A stretch of 10,347 nucleotides of DNA. Origin: a virus. Lineage: Duplodnaviria; Heunggongvirae; Uroviricota; Caudoviricetes. The notes beneath the pieces were generated by a model. That model was not told where the DNA came from and made no database searches. It saw nothing but the letters and a program-made list of their open reading frames with translations. Numbering within the stretch: the first letter of the stretch is position 1; every line of letters starts with the position of its first letter. The position numbers and the translations under genes were made by a program. Of this stretch, positions 6,911 through 10,347 are shown piece after piece. The stretch is from the IMG/VR virus record IMGVR_UViG_2695420380_000013, one strand, 5' to 3'.

Positions 6911-7510
6911 ATCGGCTTTCAGCGCATACGCTGAATCGGCTTCCGGTGTCGAGCCTGCTGGCTGACCAGGATTGACGGTCTGAACATCCCCTGCCTGGTT
7001 CGTGGCGTTTTTTACGCCATGGACCATAGTGTTTTGATCTTCTTTATCTGTATCTTTATCTGTATCTGTCGTGACTCGTCGTGACATGTGCGTGACATTT
7101 CGTGACGCGCCGTGACAATCGCCATTTTGTTCCCGCTTTCTTTCCCTCTCTCGCTGCGCCCTCTTGCGCTCTGCAGGAGATTTTGCGGTTTGCGAAATAT
7201 TGCCGTTGTCCTCTTTAAGCACCTGGCGTTTTTCCCATCCAGTGATTAAATCACCATCAAGTACCCGCCCCTGCATCGTCTGCAAAATTGAATCAATTAC
7301 CTCTTCTGTCACGTCGAGCGCACTTGCCAAATCTTCTGTCGTGACATCAATGTGACCTCGCGTGACATTTCGTGACGCGCTCACCAGGAGGTGGATATAC
7401 ACTGCCATCACTGTTGCAATTGGCTGCCCTGACACCCTGGCAATTGTTCGCCACTTAGGGTCATTTGGCATGTCATGCCATAATCTGAGCCAGGCGTTAG
7501 CCATACTCAC
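6911..7510 (-). CDS. Lambdoid replication initiation protein (O-like replisome organizer), N-terminal part; 3' end unresolved in the N-run
   Basis: Minus-strand ORF starting GTG 7510 or ATG 7504 (MANAWLRLWHDMPNDPKWRTIARVSGQPIATVMAVYIHLLVSASRNVTRGHIDVTTEDLASALDVTEEVIDSILQ...). Sits directly upstream of the DnaC-like gene and downstream of the cro-like/YdaT-like genes. Contains iteron-like DNA repeats that encode a repetitive acidic linker (VTTDTDKDTDKED), as in lambda O. Confidence 0.65.
7041..7116. repeat. Iteron-like repeat cluster inside the O-like gene: 12-bp tandem tctttatctgta x2, then five CGTGAC hexamers; candidate phage replication origin
   Basis: Direct reading: tctttatctgtatctttatctgta at 7041-7064, and cgtgac at 7070, 7080, 7091, 7101 and 7111. 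The 21-mer gcgtgacatttcgtgacgcgc at 7090-7110 is repeated exactly at 7360-7380. AT-rich tract immediately adjacent (7031-7068). Confidence 0.5.
7340..7380. repeat. Second CGTGAC/TGTGAC hexamer cluster, including an exact 21-bp copy of 7090-7110
   Basis: cgtgac at 7340, tgtgac at 7351, cgtgac at 7361 and 7371. The 21-mer gcgtgacatttcgtgacgcgc at 7360-7380 is identical to 7090-7110. Lies in the 5' part of the O-like gene (the encoded ASRNVT peptide is repeated too). Confidence 0.45.
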
Positions 7511-7575
7511 CTCTTCTGATACCGAATCTTTTTACTCACGAGTTGCCGGGAGCGATTCGATATGGCTATTGTCAG

Positions 7576-8001
7576 TCAATGTACTGCCACAGCATTTCCT
7601 GCCGGGCCACCACGGTTCATCTGATTGAAACCGGCGATTGCCACTGCGACAAAATCATCAGCGTCTCTCACCAGTCGTTCATGCGTCTCCACCAGTTCCC
7701 GAAAATAAGCTGAACTGTGGCTGCGCATTCGAGCCACCAGCGGAGGTGGCATTGCCCTTTCGATCGCAGGTAACAACGCCTGAATTTTTTCAACAGCGTC
7801 AGGGGTGTCTTTATCCAGCCAACGGAAAATCTTTTGGGTGTTGAGATAAAGCGTGTTGTGCTTGCTGTCGTTATGCAGAACCGGAAACGTCATTCCCAGT
7901 TCGAAATAAACCCTGGTTATTTCAGCTGCCGGAACTTTTTCACCGTCCGGATGCGCCCAGGCTTTCATCGCCATGCGGATGTGTTCATGCTTGATTTTCA
8001 T
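7576..8001 (-). CDS. YdaT-like prophage protein (141 aa; occupies the cII position of the early-right operon)
   Basis: ATG at 8001 overlaps the stop of the upstream cro-like gene (ATGA). Translation MKIKHEHIRMAMKAWAHPDGEKVPAAEITRVYFELGMTFPV... Gene order cro-like, this gene, O-like, DnaC-like mirrors ydaS-ydaT-ydaU-ydaV of Rac-type prophages. Family name is from memory. Confidence 0.55.
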   Translation of the reverse strand: MKIKHEHIRMAMKAWAHPDGEKVPAAEITRVYFELGMTFPVLHNDSKHNTLYLNTQKIFRWLDKDTPDAVEKIQALLPAIERAMPPPLVARMRSHSSAYFRELVETHERLVRDADDFVAVAIAGFNQMNRGGPAGNAVAVH

Positions 8002-8261
8002 GAATCAACCCCCGCCGATGGTTGTGTGTTAGCCTGAAACTCAGCAGGCAAGCCGTCAGTTGGGTTGGGGTAGGTTTTACTGTCAATCTCATGTGGGGTC
8101 ACCACCCATCCCGTTGCTTCACACCAACGTAATATTTTTTCTCCTGTAAGTTTTGCACGCCCCGTTATAACGTGGCTGACCATCCCTTGGGATGCGCCAA
8201 CAATCTCAGCAAATGAACTCTGGGTTATATGAAAATGATGCAAATATTCTCCAAGATTCAT
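7998..8261 (-). CDS. Cro-like HTH DNA-binding protein (YdaS-like), 87 aa from the ATG at 8261 (ORF track extends to a TTG at 8288)
   Basis: ATG at 8261 preceded by AGGG about 6 nt upstream. Translation MNLGEYLHHFHITQSSFAEIVGASQGMVSHVITGRAKLTGEKILRWCEATG... contains a helix-turn-helix signature (QSSFAEIVGASQGMVSHVITGR). Transcribed divergently from the cI-like repressor gene. Confidence 0.75.
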   Translation of the reverse strand: MNLGEYLHHFHITQSSFAEIVGASQGMVSHVITGRAKLTGEKILRWCEATGWVVTPHEIDSKTYPNPTDGLPAEFQANTQPSAGVDS

Positions 8262-8297
8262 AATCCGCCCTATGTGATGTGTTACCAATGCATAATT

Positions 8298-8337
8298 AAT
8301 AGCACTGTTATTTTTAAAAGTAAATAGTGATGCTATT
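8298..8337. promoter_or_regulatory. Operator pair in the cro-like/cI-like divergent intergenic region: two 15-bp palindromes AATAG-N5-(C/T)TATT
   Basis: aatagcactgttatt at 8298-8312 and aatagtgatgctatt at 8323-8337. The same palindrome family recurs twice at 9434-9474. Located between divergent start codons at 8261 and 8373. Confidence 0.55.
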
Positions 8338-8372
8338 TCAAAGTGATTAGCAATCTTATTAGAATTGGATGT

Positions 8373-8873
8373 ATGAAAAGAAAATCATTGTCAGACACCG
8401 ACCTCAACGCCGCCAGAAGACTGAAAGAAATCTGGATGGCAAAGAAATCTCAGTTGGGATTGACTCAGGAACGTGCGGCGGAAATTATGGGGTTTTCAAC
8501 ACAAGGGGCGGTAAGTCACTACCTAAATGGTCAAACCCCACTAAACCTTGAGGCTGTTCTAAAGTTTGCTGGCTTACTGAAAGTTCCCCCTGAGTCAATC
8601 AGGCCAGACATGGTAGATTTGCTGCAAATTGCAAGGATGTATTGTCGAGAACCACAGCAAGATAACATAGTCGCATTACCAGCAGACACAGAACAAACAG
8701 AGGATGAACTACCGTTTGCCGTAGAGCCGATGGAACGAGATTTAATCCATACGTTCAGAGCTTTTCCGAAAGAAGATCAAGAACACATGCTTCAGGAGAT
8801 GAAAGATAAAAAAGAATCAATGGATCGTACGGTTGCGCGGTGGTTAGCTGCACAAAAAGGCCGTCGCGCCTAA
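8373..8873 (+). CDS. cI-like HTH (XRE-family) repressor without a peptidase S24 domain (RacR/PaaR-like), 166 aa from the ATG at 8373
   Basis: Translation MKRKSLSDTDLNAARRLKEIWMAKKSQLGLTQERAAEIMGFSTQGAVSHYLNGQTPLNLEAVLKFAGLL... has a classic HTH (LGLTQERAAEIMGFSTQGAVSHYLNG) and an acidic C-terminal tail. No Ser/Lys autocleavage motifs seen. Divergent from the cro-like gene and directly upstream of the antitoxin/toxin pair. Confidence 0.8.
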   Translation: MKRKSLSDTDLNAARRLKEIWMAKKSQLGLTQERAAEIMGFSTQGAVSHYLNGQTPLNLEAVLKFAGLLKVPPESIRPDMVDLLQIARMYCREPQQDNIVALPADTEQTEDELPFAVEPMERDLIHTFRAFPKEDQEHMLQEMKDKKESMDRTVARWLAAQKGRRA

Positions 8874-8892
8874 ATCAGAGGAGATATGTAAA

Positions 8893-9087
8893 ATGAGTAC
8901 AGTCCTTTCCCCAATGGTTTCAGAATTTGAGACAGTTGAGCAAGAAAATAGTTACAACGAATGGCTGCGGGCCAAAGTAGCAGCAAGCCTCGCGGATCCC
9001 CGCCCGGCGATTCCGCATGATGAGGTAATGGCGGAAATGGAACAAATTATTGCCCAAATTGCTGCTGCAACTCACAGAGGTGAATAA
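8893..9087 (+). CDS. Small antitoxin (64 aa) partnered with the ParE-family toxin; ParE-associated (PaaA-like) antitoxin candidate
   Basis: ATG at 8893 with a GAGGAG Shine-Dalgarno upstream. Its stop TAA (9085-9087) overlaps the toxin ATG (9087-9089) as TAATG. Size and position are typical of type II antitoxins. No clear ribbon-helix-helix signature, so the family is inferred from context. Confidence 0.65.
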   Translation: MSTVLSPMVSEFETVEQENSYNEWLRAKVAASLADPRPAIPHDEVMAEMEQIIAQIAAATHRGE

Positions 9088-9377
9088 TGTTACCCGTTTT
9101 ATGGCTACCATCTGCTCGTGATGATTTGCGCCAGATCGTAGCCTACATAGCTAAAGAAAATCCCGCGGCAGCACGCAGAATGAAAATTCGAATTGAAACA
9201 TCCGTTTTGCCGCTCACAGAGCATCCTTACCTGTATCCTCCAAGCGAGCGAGTTCTTGGTCTTCGTGAAATTGTAACTCATCCTAACTACATCATCCTTT
9301 ACCGAGTAACAGCATCAAGCATAGAAGTAGTAAATATTGTGCATTCTCGAAGACAGTATCCAGGCAAAAACAGTTAA
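9087..9377 (+). CDS. parE: ParE/RelE-superfamily toxin (96 aa)
   Basis: Translation MLPVLWLPSARDDLRQIVAYIAKENPAAARRMKIRIETSV...YIILYRVTASSIEVVNIVHSRRQ matches the conserved ParE pattern (DL..I..YIA..NP.AA.R....I......YRV.....EI.RVLH.R). Translationally coupled to the upstream antitoxin. Confidence 0.85.
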   Translation: MLPVLWLPSARDDLRQIVAYIAKENPAAARRMKIRIETSVLPLTEHPYLYPPSERVLGLREIVTHPNYIILYRVTASSIEVVNIVHSRRQYPGKNS

Positions 9378-9393
9378 TTATTCCCGCCGACAG

Positions 9394-9418
9394 AACCACC
9401 TTAGGGTGGTTTTTTCTT
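9394..9418 (+). terminator. Rho-independent terminator downstream of the toxin gene
   Basis: Stem accacc (9395-9400), loop ttag, stem ggtggt (9405-9410), followed by a T-run (tttttcttg) starting 17 nt after the parE stop. Confidence 0.65.
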
Positions 9419-9433
9419 GCCCCAACAAAAAAC

Positions 9434-9474
9434 AATAGCGATGCTATTTACATCAAAAAAATAATGATGCTATT
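9434..9474. promoter_or_regulatory. Second operator pair (two 15-bp palindromes of the same AATAG-N5-CTATT family) overlapping a candidate plus-strand promoter
   Basis: aatagcgatgctatt at 9434-9448 and aataatgatgctatt at 9460-9474. A possible -35 tttaca (9448-9453) and -10 tattgt (9471-9476) with a 17-nt spacer would drive the downstream small genes. Confidence 0.5.
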
Positions 9475-9655
9475 GTTTCAGGCGTCAACCCACCCCGCCC
9501 CACAGAATGCAGGGCAATACTTCGAGTTACCAGACAGTGGTCAGGGGTTAAGTAGCCAGCCCGAGGCGTAAGAACATGACGGCAGGGTTCAATCTTTAAC
9601 TATGCAGCAGGTTTTTTGTTCCGCCACCCCGGCGTTAAGGGGAAATGAGGTCAGC

Positions 9656-9808
9656 ATGGATACTATCGATCTTGGCAACAACGAATCTCTGGTGTGCGGC
9701 GTGTTCCCTAACCAGGATGGAACGTTTACCGCCATGACGTATACCAAAAGCAAAACGTTTAAAACCGAATCTGGCGCGCGTTGCTGGTTAGCCAGAAACA
9801 CTGACTGA
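9656..9808 (+). CDS. Small prophage protein (50 aa), YdaF-like (DUF1391-like)
   Basis: ATG at 9656 preceded by GAGG 5 nt upstream. Translation MDTIDLGNNESLVCGVFPNQDGTFTAMTYTKSKTFKTESGARCWLARNTD. Family recalled from Rac-type prophages, unverified. The ORF track's longer start at 9602 lacks an RBS. Confidence 0.55.
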   Translation: MDTIDLGNNESLVCGVFPNQDGTFTAMTYTKSKTFKTESGARCWLARNTD

Positions 9809-9819
9809 TGAGGCTGACG

Positions 9820-10185
9820 ATGGAATTTAAAGATTTACCGTCTGATGTACAGAAAACAGCAGCTCATACATTGCATTCTGTGCTGCGAGAAATCGGGAAA
9901 GATATTGCAAGCGAGCCAGCAAAAGATCTGGCCCGGAAAATCAAGACCGCTTTCGTTGAGCTTTATAATGTTGGCACTGACTCTGAAACTGTCGAGACCA
10001 AGACCGTAAGTTCACCAATATTCTCACTTGAGCCAAGCGTATTATCAGGTGAAATATGCACCGAGATTTCCAGCGAACTGCTTCCGGTAATACGAGAAGC
10101 AATTCGCCGTCGCGGTTTGGATGGAAGTTATGATCATGACGTTCTGCAAGTTCTCAGGACAATGGTGACTTCACTGGGGATTTGA
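9820..10185 (+). CDS. Hypothetical prophage protein (121 aa from the ATG at 9820)
   Basis: ATG at 9820 preceded by GAGG (9810-9813) with a 6-nt spacer. Translation MEFKDLPSDVQKTAAHTLHSVLREIGKDIASEPAKDLARKIKTAFVELYNVG... No recognisable motif. Confidence 0.5.
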   Translation: MEFKDLPSDVQKTAAHTLHSVLREIGKDIASEPAKDLARKIKTAFVELYNVGTDSETVETKTVSSPIFSLEPSVLSGEICTEISSELLPVIREAIRRRGLDGSYDHDVLQVLRTMVTSLGI

Positions 10186-10315
10186 TCCCTGCGTCCTCTA
10201 AGCTTTTGATATAGCGGTCCTCCAAGAAGCGGTAAATTTTGTCGAAATCATCTTTTCCCTCTGGTTTATTCAGAGGATTACAGGACCCGTAAGTAGCGGC
10301 ATACATTTCAACCGT
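10154..10315 (-). pseudogene. Possible 3' remnant of a gene truncated by the right-hand IS1
   Basis: Minus-strand frame is open from the IS1 junction (10315) to a TGA at 10156-10154 (...TVEMYAATYGSCNPLNKPEGKDDFDKIYRFLEDRYIKSLEDAGIKSPVKSPLS). No start codon with an RBS inside the window. Overlaps the 3' end of the 9820-10185 gene by about 30 nt. Confidence 0.25.
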
Positions 10316-10317
10316 TT

Positions 10318-10347
10318 GGTAATGACTCCAACTTATTGATAGTGTTT
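10318..10347 (-). mobile_element. IS1 terminus (IRR end; body of the element lies right of the window)
   Basis: nt 10318-10347 ggtaatgactccaacttattgatagtgttt is the IS1 right inverted repeat (GGTAATGACTCCAACTTATTGAT...). Same orientation as the IS1 terminus at 1-31 and the internal fragment. Confidence 0.85.

Noticed and set aside
5534-6975. Long ORF-track entries spanning the N-runs (5534-6436, 5653-6975, 5760-6965, 5764-6468)
   Set aside because: Their lengths are produced by translating N as X. Only the real-sequence ends were interpreted.
7041-7380. Repeated CGTGAC units as a possible CRISPR array
   Set aside because: Units are 6 bp with irregular 4-5 bp spacing, lie inside a coding region, and lack the 25-40 bp repeat/spacer periodicity of CRISPR arrays. 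Iterons are the better interpretation.
7164-8037. Plus-strand ORFs 7164-7355, 7362-7628, 7638-7844 and 7834-8037 opposite the O-like, YdaT-like and cro-like genes
   Set aside because: Antisense to a coherent co-directional operon with coupled start/stop overlaps. No RBS support.
8369-9111. ORF 8369-8551 (plus, alternate frame inside the repressor gene) and ORF 8920-9111 (minus, opposite the antitoxin)
   Set aside because: Each overlaps a gene with clear HTH or toxin-antitoxin context and a good RBS.
9589-9801. 70-aa minus-strand ORF opposite the YdaF-like gene
   Set aside because: The plus-strand gene has a well-placed GAGG Shine-Dalgarno and follows a plausible promoter/operator. The minus-strand ORF has no such support.
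1-10347. tRNA, rRNA or other structured RNA genes
   Set aside because: No cloverleaf-compatible segments or rRNA-like conserved stretches were recognised by eye. This cannot be excluded rigorously without a covariance-model scan.

Overview
The window looks like a complete short contig or scaffold from an enterobacterial (E. coli/Shigella-like) draft assembly. It opens with the last 31 nt of an IS1 copy and closes with the first 30 nt of another IS1 in the same orientation, and it contains four N-runs (8, 14, 593 and 350 nt). The left ~3.8 kb is a visibly AT-richer minus-strand cassette: a 610-aa N6-adenine DNA methyltransferase (DPACGGGAF and NPPY motifs) whose stop overlaps by ATGA the start of a 360-aa candidate restriction endonuclease, preceded by a small zinc-ribbon/coiled-coil ORF and a remnant of a phage gene. 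A truncated internal IS1 copy (3789-4127) separates this from the right ~6 kb, which is a lambdoid (Rac-like) prophage early region. On the minus strand that region carries a hypothetical gene interrupted by a diverged tandem duplication, a DUF1627-like gene, a DnaC-like helicase loader (5' end lost in an N-run), an O-like replication initiator with internal iteron-like repeats, and a YdaT-like plus Cro-like pair. Divergently on the plus strand are a cI-like HTH repressor, a small antitoxin and a ParE-family toxin, a terminator, a second operator cluster and two small phage genes. The most interesting candidates are the IS1-associated restriction-modification cassette with its unknown upstream ORF, and the repressor-antitoxin-ParE module wired into the prophage immunity region through four shared 15-bp palindromes. 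All family assignments are from motif and architecture recognition by eye; no database search was run. Coordinates for partial genes next to N-runs are limits of visible sequence only.
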